This document shows positions 39,163-48,495 of a DNA stretch of 64,000 nt, piece after piece. The notes beneath the pieces were generated by a model that saw only the letters and a list, made by a program, of their open reading frames with translations, did no database searches and was not told where the DNA came from. Within the stretch, counting starts at the first letter, position 1; each line of letters starts with the position of its first letter. This stretch comes from an uncultured virus (IMG/VR IMGVR_UViG_3300034102_000864) (lineage: Duplodnaviria > Heunggongvirae > Uroviricota > Caudoviricetes), in IMG/VR virus record IMGVR_UViG_3300034102_000864, positions 1-64,000 of that record; one strand, 5' to 3'. The translations under genes and the position numbers were made by a program.

Positions 39163-39794
39163 CAGTTAAACTTATTTCGGTAACTCCCGATGCAGAAAAA
39201 ACAATGGCATTTATTGCACGAGTTAGCAATCCTGCGAATCAAGACAACGAAAACTATGCCAAGTTGCTTGCTTATTGCATTAAGCATAATCATTGGTCTG
39301 TTTTTGAACAGTCTTCTATGACTCTTGAGATTGAGACCAATCGTGGCATTGCGGCTCAGATTTTGCGTCATAGGTCCTTTACATATCAGGAATTTTCACA
39401 ACGATATGCAGATACAAATCTGATCACCGAGAATATTCCTATTCCAGAACTTCGCAAGCAAGATACCAAGAATCGTCAGAATTCTACGGATGATCTTGGT
39501 GACTATGTGAAGTTAAAGTTCCAATCAGAAATTGCTGAACTGTTTACCAATGCTAATAACCTCTACAAGAGGATGTTAGAAGCAGGTGTGGCAAAGGAGT
39601 GTGCAAGGTTTGTACTGCCCTTAGCGACTCCCACACGTATCTATATGACCGGTTCTTGCAGGTCATGGATACATTATATCAATCTCCGTTCGGCAAACGG
39701 AACTCAGAAAGAACATATGGACATTGCTCTGGAATGTAAGAAGGTATTCACCGAACAATTTCCAACGGTTGCAGAAGCTCTTGAGTGGATCTAA
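39159..39794 (+). CDS. thyX: Flavin-dependent thymidylate synthase
   Basis: HWSVFE and the RHRSFTYQEFSQRY signature. Confidence 0.95.
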   Translation: MTVKLISVTPDAEKTMAFIARVSNPANQDNENYAKLLAYCIKHNHWSVFEQSSMTLEIETNRGIAAQILRHRSFTYQEFSQRYADTNLITENIPIPELRKQDTKNRQNSTDDLGDYVKLKFQSEIAELFTNANNLYKRMLEAGVAKECARFVLPLATPTRIYMTGSCRSWIHYINLRSANGTQKEHMDIALECKKVFTEQFPTVAEALEWI

Positions 39795-39820
39795 ATAAAT
39801 TATCTTGAATTCGTAACTTT

Positions 39821-40069
39821 ATGGCGACTTATCCTGTTATTAACAATATCACTGGTGAACAGAAAGAAGTGGAAATGAGTGTTCACGACTGGGATCAGTG
39901 GAAAAAAGACAATCCAGACTGGGCTCGCGACTGGTCTGATCCATCTACTTGCCCTTCTCCTGGAGAAGTTGGTGAGTGGAGAGATAAACTTGTAAATAAG
40001 CATCCTGGATGGAACGAAGTTCTTTCTAAGGCAAGTAAAGCACCAGGTTCCCGTGTAAAAAAAATCTAA
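39821..40069 (+). CDS. Conserved hypothetical protein
   Basis: MATYPVIN..TGEQKE...GWNEVLSK, immediately upstream of phoH. Confidence 0.7.
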   Translation: MATYPVINNITGEQKEVEMSVHDWDQWKKDNPDWARDWSDPSTCPSPGEVGEWRDKLVNKHPGWNEVLSKASKAPGSRVKKI

Positions 40070-40827
40070 TGGCAAGAAGAAAAAGAAGTAACGAGATCCA
40101 ACCAATTGGAGTTGGTTTAACTGCAAAACAAATGAAGAGGAGAAAACCTCTCAGTGCTGAATATTTGGTCGATATTGATCCACTGACAGAAAACCAAAAA
40201 CGTCTATTTGAATCTTATGCCGAAGGCAAACATCTTGTTGCCTATGGGTGTGCTGGAACTGGTAAGACCTTTATTTCTCTTTATAATGCCCTACAGGATG
40301 TTCTAGATGAATCAACTCCTTATGAGAAAATTTATCTTGTTCGTTCTCTAGTAGCTACAAGAGAAATTGGTTTTCTTCCTGGAACACACGATGATAAGGC
40401 AGATATTTACCAGATTCCTTATAAGAATATGGTGAAGTATATGTTCCAACTTTCAAGTGATGCTGAATTTGAGATGCTTTATGGTAACTTAAAGTCACAG
40501 GAAACTATCAAGTTTTGGAGCACATCTTTCCTTCGTGGAACAACTCTTGATAATGCAATCATCATTGTGGATGAGTTTCAGAATCTTAATTTCCACGAAC
40601 TAGATTCTATTATTACTCGTGTAGGTGAGAATACAAAAATCTGTTTCTGTGGTGATGCTTCTCAATCAGACTTGCAGAAAACAAATGAGCGCAATGGTAT
40701 TGTGGACTTTATGACAGTCTTGCGTAAAATGCCATCATTTGATATAATTGAATTTGGTGTAGACGATATTGTTCGTTCTGGACTTGTTAAGGAGTACATT
40801 ATTGCTAAAATGGATGCTGGTTTTTAA
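40069..40827 (+). CDS. phoH: PhoH family ATPase
   Basis: GCAGTGKT, GFLPG, LRGTTL, DEFQN, GDASQSD, IVRSGLV. Confidence 0.95.
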   Translation: MARRKRSNEIQPIGVGLTAKQMKRRKPLSAEYLVDIDPLTENQKRLFESYAEGKHLVAYGCAGTGKTFISLYNALQDVLDESTPYEKIYLVRSLVATREIGFLPGTHDDKADIYQIPYKNMVKYMFQLSSDAEFEMLYGNLKSQETIKFWSTSFLRGTTLDNAIIIVDEFQNLNFHELDSIITRVGENTKICFCGDASQSDLQKTNERNGIVDFMTVLRKMPSFDIIEFGVDDIVRSGLVKEYIIAKMDAGF

Positions 40828-41507
40828 TGTTTAATCATATTGATATTGAACTCCCTCAGTTGGAGCGTGAAACCATTGATGGTGTAAGGTACTACAAAGT
40901 TCCTGATGAAGAAGAACTTATTCGACTGGTCTCCATCACTTCGGTGACCAGTCATTTTAATAAAGAAATCTTTGTTAACTGGCGTAAAAAAGTTGGTGAA
41001 GAGGAGGCAGATAAAATTACACGACAAGCAACAAGTCGTGGAACGGATATGCACTCTCTTACAGAGCATTACCTTAAAAATCAAAAACTACCAGAAGTTC
41101 AACCTTTATCCGATTTTCTGTTTAAGATTGCAAAAACAGAAATTAATCGTATAAATAATATCTATGCCCTTGAAGGGTCCCTATATAGTAGGCAACTGGG
41201 TATTGCTGGGACAGTTGATTGTATTGCCGAATATAATGGCGAGTTATCAATAATCGACTTTAAGACTTCTAAAAAACCAAAACCACGTGAGTGGATCGAA
41301 CATTATTTCGTTCAGGCAGCAGCATATGCTTGTATGTTTTATGAACTGACTGAAATCCCTGTGAAAAAACTTGTAATTTTAATGGCTTGTGAAAATGGAG
41401 AATGCGTCGTCTATGAAGAATATGATAAAGCAAAATACATCAAACTACTCAGCAAATACATTAGAAAGTTTGTTGGAGATAAACTGGAACTCTATGGAAC
41501 CAAATAA
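40827..41507 (+). CDS. PD-(D/E)XK exonuclease
   Basis: RGTDMH, AGTVDCI, IIDFKTS, QAAAY. Confidence 0.85.
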   Translation: MFNHIDIELPQLERETIDGVRYYKVPDEEELIRLVSITSVTSHFNKEIFVNWRKKVGEEEADKITRQATSRGTDMHSLTEHYLKNQKLPEVQPLSDFLFKIAKTEINRINNIYALEGSLYSRQLGIAGTVDCIAEYNGELSIIDFKTSKKPKPREWIEHYFVQAAAYACMFYELTEIPVKKLVILMACENGECVVYEEYDKAKYIKLLSKYIRKFVGDKLELYGTK

Positions 41508-41754
41508 AGAACTAGAACAGGCAATAGAAAATAAGTTTTTAACTCCTTCCAAGTTTGCTCTTGAGATTGAAAAGATTGTAGCAGAAGAAAATTTTAACTA
41601 TATTGATGCAATTTGTCACTATTGCGAAATCAATTGTCTTGAGGTAGAATCTGTTACAAAACTCATTTCAAAACCTTTGAAAGAGAAATTAAAGTGGGAC
41701 GCAACCCGTCTTAACTTTATGAAACGAACTTCGAGAGCAAAACTTCCGTTATGA
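41494..41754 (+). CDS. 33: Late promoter transcription co-activator gp33
   Basis: FALEIEKIV...YIDAI..YCE...LISKPLKEKL; located before g59. Confidence 0.85.
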   Translation: MEPNKELEQAIENKFLTPSKFALEIEKIVAEENFNYIDAICHYCEINCLEVESVTKLISKPLKEKLKWDATRLNFMKRTSRAKLPL

Positions 41755-42341
41755 GTCCCTTTGAGACGTATCAAACTTATCTTTCTATGAAAAGTCATTT
41801 TACTAACAGTAAATATGACTTTTTTAAGTATGGAGGCAAATCGAGAGCAACTGTCACTTCGTTCAATAAACGTAAAGACAAATACTGGTTTGAAAAAAGT
41901 TCAAGGAAATATTCAGATAAAGAAATAGTAGACTTTTTACTAGCAAATTTTGTATCTACAGACAACCCACAAAACTTATGGATTGGAGAAATTATCAATT
42001 CTGGAGAAAGGACTTACGCAGATTGGATGCGGAGACAACAGAGTTTGACTTACTTGTTCAAAGAACAGTCAACGGAATTGTTCTCAGAGAACGAATTAGA
42101 AACTGTGTTCAATTGTTCCAAAGGTCACCCGATAGTTCTCAAAAGGTTTCTAAGCGGGAAATTATCGCCAGAAACATTCGTAATCTACGACAAAATATTT
42201 TCAATCGTCAAAGATTTTGATAAAAAACTTCTGGATCCAGTGTGGGAAACCGTAAGTTTGAAAATCAAGAAGTACAATCCATTTCTAAATATTGATGTAT
42301 TCCAGTACAAGAAGATTTTAAGGGCAATCATAGATGAGTAA
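41751..42341 (+). CDS. 59: Helicase loader gp59
   Basis: YLSMKSHF...YDFFKY.GK...F.KRKDKYWF; g33-g59-g32 synteny. Confidence 0.9.
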   Translation: MSPFETYQTYLSMKSHFTNSKYDFFKYGGKSRATVTSFNKRKDKYWFEKSSRKYSDKEIVDFLLANFVSTDNPQNLWIGEIINSGERTYADWMRRQQSLTYLFKEQSTELFSENELETVFNCSKGHPIVLKRFLSGKLSPETFVIYDKIFSIVKDFDKKLLDPVWETVSLKIKKYNPFLNIDVFQYKKILRAIIDE

Positions 42342-42666
42342 CTTTTTTGACTCCGATATTATTCAAGACGAACTGAAAGAAATCAATAAGTTACAAGAGG
42401 AGATTTACGGAAGTATTCTCACTTTTGGTATGATGACCCGTGAAGATAAACTGGAACATATTGAAAAACTACAAGTACTCCTTGAAAAGCAACGTGTAAT
42501 GTACACACGTTTGTCTCTTTCCGATGACCCAGAAGCGGTTGAAATGAAAGAGAATCTTCGTAAATCAGTTGCTTTGATGGGTTTCCCACCAGAGACTGAT
42601 ATGAGTATCTTGTTTAAGAGTATGGACAAAACAATCGAATCTTTAAAGCAGTTTGTTGACCGATGA
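42334..42666 (+). CDS. Conserved cyanophage protein (DUF1825-like)
   Basis: FFDSDIIQ.E...QRVMYTRLSLSDDPEA. Confidence 0.7.
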   Translation: MSNFFDSDIIQDELKEINKLQEEIYGSILTFGMMTREDKLEHIEKLQVLLEKQRVMYTRLSLSDDPEAVEMKENLRKSVALMGFPPETDMSILFKSMDKTIESLKQFVDR

Positions 42667-42684
42667 GGTCATTCCTGCTATAAT
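42656..42684 (+). promoter_or_regulatory. Sigma70-type promoter for g32
   Basis: TTGACC-N17-TATAAT with extended TG. Confidence 0.85.
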
Positions 42685-42727
42685 ATCCGAGTAATCCCCC
42701 GAATCCAATTAATCCGAGGTAATCCAA

Positions 42728-43651
42728 ATGTCTTTTGCTGACCTTAAGAAGCAATCTAAACTTGGCAATCTTACTGCCAAATTGGTTAAAGAAGTTGAAA
42801 AAATGAATACAAGCAGCGGTTCTTCTGATGACCGTCTGTGGAAACTGGATGTAGATAAGAGTGGCAATGGTTATGCCGTCATCCGTTTCCTCCCTGCTCC
42901 GAACGGTGAGGACCTTCCGTTCGTGAAACTCTACAGTCACGCATTCCAAGGTCCTGGTGGTTGGTATATTGAGAATTCTCTGACTACTCTCAATCAGAAA
43001 GATCCCGTGTCGGAACTGAACTCTGAACTGTGGAACAATGGTACTGATGCTGGCAAAGAACTGGCACGTAAGCAAAAACGTAAACTGACTTACGTTTCCA
43101 ACATCTACGTTGTGAAGGATCCTGCTAACCCTTCCAACGAAGGTAAGGTCTTCCTGTACAAGTTTGGTAAGAAGATCTTCGACAAACTGACTGCTGCGAT
43201 GCAACCTGAGTTTGAAGATGAAGAAGCAATCGATCCGTTTGACTTCTGGCAAGGTGCCAACTTTAAACTGAAGGCAAAGAACGTTGCTGGTTATCGCAAC
43301 TATGATTCCAGTGAGTTTGCCGCACAAGGTGCTCTGCTGGACGATGATGATGCAATGGAAGCAATCTGGAAGAAGCAATATTCTCTTGCTGAACTGGTTG
43401 CTGCTGATCAGTTCAAGTCTTATGATGAACTGAAGAAGCGTCTTGACTATGTGCTGGGTTCCAAAGGTTCCCGCCGTGTGGATGAAGAAGTTGCTGAAGA
43501 GGAAGAGTATTCCCGTGGTCCTGCGAAAGAATTGACTGAAGATCTTCGCAGTGAACTCAACAATCTTCAACCCACCCGTCGTGCTGTTGCGGTTGAAGAA
43601 GATGAGGATGATGATGCCCTGTCCTACTTTGCCCGTCTTGCCGAAGAGTGA
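42728..43651 (+). CDS. 32: Single-stranded DNA-binding protein gp32
   Basis: GNGYAVIRFLPA, WYIENSLTT, FGKKIFDK, acidic tail ending ALSYFARLAEE. Confidence 0.95.
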   Translation: MSFADLKKQSKLGNLTAKLVKEVEKMNTSSGSSDDRLWKLDVDKSGNGYAVIRFLPAPNGEDLPFVKLYSHAFQGPGGWYIENSLTTLNQKDPVSELNSELWNNGTDAGKELARKQKRKLTYVSNIYVVKDPANPSNEGKVFLYKFGKKIFDKLTAAMQPEFEDEEAIDPFDFWQGANFKLKAKNVAGYRNYDSSEFAAQGALLDDDDAMEAIWKKQYSLAELVAADQFKSYDELKKRLDYVLGSKGSRRVDEEVAEEEEYSRGPAKELTEDLRSELNNLQPTRRAVAVEEDEDDDALSYFARLAEE

Positions 43652-44265
43652 AGTCAGATTACACTATTAACCGTGTAAATAAGTCCGAAGCCGCAGAGTT
43701 ACTTCTGCGGTTTCATTATCTTAAGGACTTTTCAAAAGGTTTTAAATCTGGGTATAACTACGGTCTTTATAAAAATAATGACTTCTGCCCATTGAATATT
43801 GGTGGTATTCAGGGAGTCTGTGTGTTTACAGGACTCCCTGTTCCTGAAATTGCTCAAGGTGCTTTTGGATTAGAAAGAAATGAACAACAAGGACTTTTTG
43901 AACTTTCCAGATTATGCATCCACCCAGACACACAATCTGGCGAACATAATATCACTTCTTGGTTTGTTTCAAGATCGATTAGACAGTTACGGAAGGATAC
44001 TGAAGTTAAAGCAATCATCTCTTACGCTGATAGTGATTTCCATAATGGTACAATCTATCGTGCTTGTAACTTTAAATATTGCGGACTCACAGACCCAAAG
44101 AAAGATTTCTACTATGCAGACGGAACTAAACACTCTAGAGGCAAAATTAAAGGTGCTGCAGGAGAATGGAAAGAACGCTCCCGCAAGCACCGATATGTGA
44201 TGATGTTTGATAAGAGTTTAGAACTCTTATGGCATAGTGATCCTGGTATTTTCAGTTCGGATTAA
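43648..44265 (+). CDS. Mom-like (GNAT fold) DNA modification protein
   Basis: HYL, ELSRLC, SWFVSRSIRQL, ISYAD, H.GTIYRACNF.Y.G, KHRY pattern of the Mu Mom family. Confidence 0.7.
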   Translation: MKSDYTINRVNKSEAAELLLRFHYLKDFSKGFKSGYNYGLYKNNDFCPLNIGGIQGVCVFTGLPVPEIAQGAFGLERNEQQGLFELSRLCIHPDTQSGEHNITSWFVSRSIRQLRKDTEVKAIISYADSDFHNGTIYRACNFKYCGLTDPKKDFYYADGTKHSRGKIKGAAGEWKERSRKHRYVMMFDKSLELLWHSDPGIFSSD

Positions 44266-44916
44266 AGATTCATCAACATATTGAGAAGAACGATCATAAA
44301 TCATAATTTCTCTCATATCATTCAAGAATTGTTGTAGATATGATGGTTTAAGCAAATAAATTGAAGATTTTTCATCATTTTTTATAGATTCATATTCATA
44401 ATTGCTTACACCAATAATTGGATTTGGTATTTTTATAACATTTGCACCTAAAATCGTACTATCATTTGTATAGTATTCATTATTATAATAATACTGAATC
44501 TTAAAATCTAGAGGAACAACTTTTTTTGCTGGCAAAATTAATTTTCCATCTGGATCTTTTACCTCAACAGTTTCATAGTGGTGGATATCATTGAGTGCAG
44601 TTCCATACAGATTTTCTGCATACTTATAAAGTTGATAATTAGACAAAGGCCATTCATTACGAACATTAATAATACCAGCAGTCATCAAAACTACCCAATC
44701 GAGTTCTGCATCCCCATAAAATTCTTCTGCAACAGTATCTGGTCTTGCACCGTCAACAATTTCATATTTGTTAAAGATAGTAAAAACACCTTTTAAGTCG
44801 TCACGTAATTTATTTCTTCTGAATAAATTTTTAACCCTCAAATAACTTTGCGATGAAGTTTTATCAGAAAGAAAGGATTGATAATCTAATTCTGGAAGTT
44901 CTCTAAAGTATCCCAT
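44227..44916 (-). CDS. 53: Baseplate wedge subunit gp53
   Basis: YFRELP...KNLFRR, RPDTVAEEFYG..ELDWVVL, EWP, HHYET, SNYEYE. Confidence 0.85.
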   Translation of the reverse strand: MGYFRELPELDYQSFLSDKTSSQSYLRVKNLFRRNKLRDDLKGVFTIFNKYEIVDGARPDTVAEEFYGDAELDWVVLMTAGIINVRNEWPLSNYQLYKYAENLYGTALNDIHHYETVEVKDPDGKLILPAKKVVPLDFKIQYYYNNEYYTNDSTILGANVIKIPNPIIGVSNYEYESIKNDEKSSIYLLKPSYLQQFLNDMREIMIYDRSSQYVDESLIRTENTRITMP

Positions 44917-44917
44917 T

Positions 44918-45757
44918 TTAGAATCCTACTCCATTTGCTGCCGAAGTATAGTCTCTATCATAAATTGGTTCAATTTCCTTAAATCCTAAGTCCATATTGT
45001 AAGATATTGGGGATCCATCACTATATGTTGCATAAACACCCTCACCAGTATAATTGACAGACATATCTGTTAAGAATGTTTGTTTAAACAAATGTAGATA
45101 TGGGTGAATCTCATTTCCTTTTTTATAGGTTAATTGGAAAATATCTGGTGTTTTTAAAAATTTTTCAGAGGTTCCTGTTTTTGGTGCCATTGATTTTTTC
45201 AACGTATTTATTATTTCTCTAATATTCTTTGCTTCATCTGGATCTCTAGGAGTCATCTTAAAAGAAAATTTAAAAGATCTCAAAGTGACACCATTGAAGA
45301 GAAGTTCCATATTTGGGTTTATAATCTGTCCATCTTCTCTTGCAACAATTTGACCAAGACTTAGGTTTCCACCAAAAGGAATATTTGCTGCTTGTGCTGC
45401 TATAGATTGACCATATCTTTTTGCAACTTCTGGATCTGTAAACACATTAGTCAAGTTTGATAGTGTTTTACTAAGTTCTTCCCCTGCAGAAACACTATTG
45501 GGTCCATTACCTATATCGGGACTGATAGCATTATAGACTCCAGCAGTAAAACCATCTAAACTATCATCAGAATAGGAGACACTATTACCATCCTGAATAT
45601 TTGATGGTATGGGAAGTATGATCGTACCTATAATATTCTTTGCAACACTTTGAGCATTCCCAGTAATAGTTCCTTTCGGACGACTATAATCCAGAATTTG
45701 AATCTGCAAATAATCTGTAGTTCCTGATATAATTTCTGCAGGATATCTAAGTGCCAT
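44918..45757 (-). CDS. 48: Baseplate tail-tube cap gp48
   Basis: LRYP, LPIPSNIQD, NPNMELLFNG..LRSF.FSFKMTPR; adjacent to g53. Confidence 0.8.
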   Translation of the reverse strand: MALRYPAEIISGTTDYLQIQILDYSRPKGTITGNAQSVAKNIIGTIILPIPSNIQDGNSVSYSDDSLDGFTAGVYNAISPDIGNGPNSVSAGEELSKTLSNLTNVFTDPEVAKRYGQSIAAQAANIPFGGNLSLGQIVAREDGQIINPNMELLFNGVTLRSFKFSFKMTPRDPDEAKNIREIINTLKKSMAPKTGTSEKFLKTPDIFQLTYKKGNEIHPYLHLFKQTFLTDMSVNYTGEGVYATYSDGSPISYNMDLGFKEIEPIYDRDYTSAANGVGF

Positions 45758-45771
45758 TTATCCTTTTCTAA

Positions 45772-46182
45772 CTATTTAGAAGGATTTTCCGAAAGATCTG
45801 CATATGGAAGTCTCTGTATATCCGTTAATTCTTCTTTTTGAACTTCATAAAGATCTCCGACTATTTCTTCCCAAGTATATTGTCGAGATTCTCCCCAATG
45901 AAAATTAATTCCTGTAAATCCCCAATTAAAAACTTTGGTGACACCAACTAATGGATACATATCATAACTTAAACCAGGTGTTTTAGCGATGTAAGTAAAT
46001 GTATAAATGCTGTTTGGTTGTACCTGAACTTTTTTAATAACTGGTAAAATATTTTTAATTTCATTCATTAAATTATCTGGTTTTTCAATACCAATTAAAC
46101 TATCAACCAATTCACGGAGTTGATTAGTCTTATCATCGGTTGGATTTTGCTCTCTTCTTTCTTTAAGAGTTTTTCTTGGCAT
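45772..46182 (-). CDS. DNA end protector gp2-like protein
   Basis: YTFTY.AKT...YDMYPLV...GFTGINFH; adjacent to g4. Confidence 0.6.
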   Translation of the reverse strand: MPRKTLKERREQNPTDDKTNQLRELVDSLIGIEKPDNLMNEIKNILPVIKKVQVQPNSIYTFTYIAKTPGLSYDMYPLVGVTKVFNWGFTGINFHWGESRQYTWEEIVGDLYEVQKEELTDIQRLPYADLSENPSK

Positions 46183-46619
46183 TACTTAATACCTAATTCG
46201 TTTTCTGTTAGGATTTTAAATTCATAACCACGATCAAGACACCATTCTTTTGCTGCTTTCCATTTTGCCTGATTTTTAGCATATTCAACCACTTCGTAGA
46301 TGTAACCCTTAGTTTTTCTTTTTGGAACTTTTGGCTCTATTGTTTGTCTTTGTGGTTTGATCTCAATAATATATTTTTTAACTTGACCAGTAGATTCCTT
46401 TACTTTGATATAAAAGTCTGGAAAATATCTGTGAATGCGATTATCTACTGGTGAACGGTAGGGTAATGCTAATTCTTCACTTCCCCATTCAATGATATTT
46501 TCATTGAGATCACAATAGACCATAAACTTTCTTTCCCACAATGATCTATAAATGATGTTTGTTGGGTCACCTTTGTATTTTTTAGGATAAGAAGGTTGGA
46601 ATCTTCCTTTATATGACAT
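46182..46619 (-). CDS. 4: Head completion nuclease gp4
   Basis: KYKGD...IYRSLWE...W.SEE...RYFPDF...EIKP...NQAKW.AA. Confidence 0.9.
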   Translation of the reverse strand: MSYKGRFQPSYPKKYKGDPTNIIYRSLWERKFMVYCDLNENIIEWGSEELALPYRSPVDNRIHRYFPDFYIKVKESTGQVKKYIIEIKPQRQTIEPKVPKRKTKGYIYEVVEYAKNQAKWKAAKEWCLDRGYEFKILTENELGIK

Positions 46620-46660
46620 CTAAATACTTAATAATATAAGTCTCGTATAAGGTATTTAGA
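46619..46660. promoter_or_regulatory. Pair of opposite-strand late promoters in an inverted repeat
   Basis: TCTAAATAC (46619-46627) and GTATTTAGA (46652-46660) between divergent genes. Confidence 0.6.
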
Positions 46661-47560
46661 GTGGCAAATTCTCTTGTCCAGAAACTTACAATGTCCGAGA
46701 TGAAAGAACGGATAGGTAATCTCGCTCAAACTAATTATTACTATGTTGAACTTGGTATATCTAACGAATTACAAAATCATTTCAAGACCAGTTATGGTGG
46801 CGAACTAACTGATATTGGTAGATTCGTGAATAGATTGGGTTATTTGTGCTCAGAAGCTTCTCTACCAACAACTTCATATGCAACCGCAGAAGTTAAAGAT
46901 AATTTTATGGGAGTAACGCAAGAATTTGCTCATACTAGATTATATACTGATATTGATTTAACTTTTTATGTGGATGCTGAATATAATGTTTTAAGATTTT
47001 TTGAGGGGTGGATGGATTATATTGCTGGTGGAAATAAACCAAAAGAAGAACCTGCTGCTTCTTCTTATCCCAGTGGTCTTAGTGGAAGCATTTATAGAAG
47101 ATTTAATTATCCAAAATTTTACAAAATGAATACAATGAAAATTTATAAATTTGAGAGAGATTATAAAAAACAATTAGAATATACTTTTATAAATGCATTT
47201 CCAAAGTCACTTTCAACTGTTGCAGTTTCTTATGGTCCAGCAGATATATTAAAAGCCACAGTTACCTTTAATTTTGATAGATATCTTGTTCAAAGATCTG
47301 ATATGTATCAAGAACCTGAAGATACTAGTAAAATTCAAAATCCAACTTCAGGAAATTCTGCATCAAATGCAGGTTTACCAGCAGATCCAAAACTACAACT
47401 TCAATTGAGTCAGTCTTCTGGATCAAGAAGTAGTTTGAGACAAGATATTTTTGAAATACAACAATCAACATTAGCTTCAATTTTAAGGCAGCAGGGATAT
47501 AATGCAGTATCTGGAGGTCCGACAGGAGTAACTGTAAACGGCCTTCCATTATATCAATAA
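46661..47560 (+). CDS. Tail-tube-fold baseplate protein (gp54/gp19-like)
   Basis: LCSEASLP, IDLTFYVD..Y..LRFFEGWMDYI, Y.FINAFP. Confidence 0.7.
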   Translation: MANSLVQKLTMSEMKERIGNLAQTNYYYVELGISNELQNHFKTSYGGELTDIGRFVNRLGYLCSEASLPTTSYATAEVKDNFMGVTQEFAHTRLYTDIDLTFYVDAEYNVLRFFEGWMDYIAGGNKPKEEPAASSYPSGLSGSIYRRFNYPKFYKMNTMKIYKFERDYKKQLEYTFINAFPKSLSTVAVSYGPADILKATVTFNFDRYLVQRSDMYQEPEDTSKIQNPTSGNSASNAGLPADPKLQLQLSQSSGSRSSLRQDIFEIQQSTLASILRQQGYNAVSGGPTGVTVNGLPLYQ

Positions 47561-47590
47561 ATAATTAAAACTGAATTGTATTAAGGGATT

Positions 47591-48313
47591 ATGCCTTTAC
47601 CAAAAATTAATACTCCAGCTTATGAGTTGGAACTACCTTCGACTGGTAAAAAAATTAAATATCGTCCTTTCCTAGTCCGAGAAGAAAAAATCTTACTGAT
47701 GGCACTAGAATCTGAAGATATGAAGCAGATTACTGATGCAGTAGTTCAAATTTTATCAGATTGTCTACTTACAAAAACAGTTAAGGTTTCAGACCTTTCT
47801 ACATTTGATATTGAATATTTGTTCTTAAATGTTCGTTCCAGATCAGTTGGAGAAACTGTTGAAGTAAATGTTACTTGTCCTGATGATGGTGAAACTCAGG
47901 TCACGATGGAAATTGATTTAGATACAATTAAAGTTCAAAAAAATAAAGACCATAATAGCATTATTAAATTAGATGATAATCTTTCAATGAAACTCAAGTA
48001 TCCATCTCTTGAGCAATTTATTGATAATAACTTTGAGACTAGTGAAGATATGAGCAACGTCGATAAGTCTCTTGAGTTAGTAACTTCTTGTATTGATATT
48101 ATCTATGATTCTGAAGAAAGTTGGCGTGCTGCAGATTGCACAAAGAAAGAACTTGAAGAATTTCTTGAGCAATTGAATACAAAGCAGTTTAAAGAAATTG
48201 AAACTTTCTTTACGACAATGCCAAAATTGAGTCATACAATTAAGGTTAAGAATCCAAATACAAAAGTCGAATCTGAGGTTGTCCTGGAGGGCCTAGCAAG
48301 TTTTTTCAGTTGA
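47591..48313 (+). CDS. 26: Baseplate hub protein gp26
   Basis: MPLPKI.TP.YELELPS...YRPFLVREEKILL, DIEYLFL..R..SVGE, LEGLASFF. Confidence 0.85.
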   Translation: MPLPKINTPAYELELPSTGKKIKYRPFLVREEKILLMALESEDMKQITDAVVQILSDCLLTKTVKVSDLSTFDIEYLFLNVRSRSVGETVEVNVTCPDDGETQVTMEIDLDTIKVQKNKDHNSIIKLDDNLSMKLKYPSLEQFIDNNFETSEDMSNVDKSLELVTSCIDIIYDSEESWRAADCTKKELEEFLEQLNTKQFKEIETFFTTMPKLSHTIKVKNPNTKVESEVVLEGLASFFS

Positions 48314-48315
48314 GT

Positions 48316-48495
48316 ATGGCTCATACTAATCTTGAGTCATACTACAAGATTAATTTTGCTTTGATGCAGCACCATAAATATTCACTAACAGAGCTTGAAA
48401 ATATGATTCCCTGGGAAAGGGATATTTATATTGCTTTATTAGAACAATTTATTGAAGCAGAAAATCTAAAGGCACAACAACGTAGTGGAATTTAA
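48316..48495 (+). CDS. 51: Baseplate hub assembly catalyst gp51
   Basis: YY.INFALMQHHKYSLTELENMIPWERDIY. Confidence 0.85.
   Translation: MAHTNLESYYKINFALMQHHKYSLTELENMIPWERDIYIALLEQFIEAENLKAQQRSGI

Noticed and set aside
41389..41493. 5' extension of g33
   Set aside because: Overlaps the exonuclease gene. The gp33-like sequence starts at ATG 41494.
40827..41507. Cas4 / CRISPR function
   Set aside because: Lacks a Cas4-type four-Cys cluster pattern and sits in the usual phoH-exonuclease-g33 position.
42614..43570. 318-aa minus-strand ORF
   Set aside because: Antisense shadow of g32, explained by its biased codon usage.
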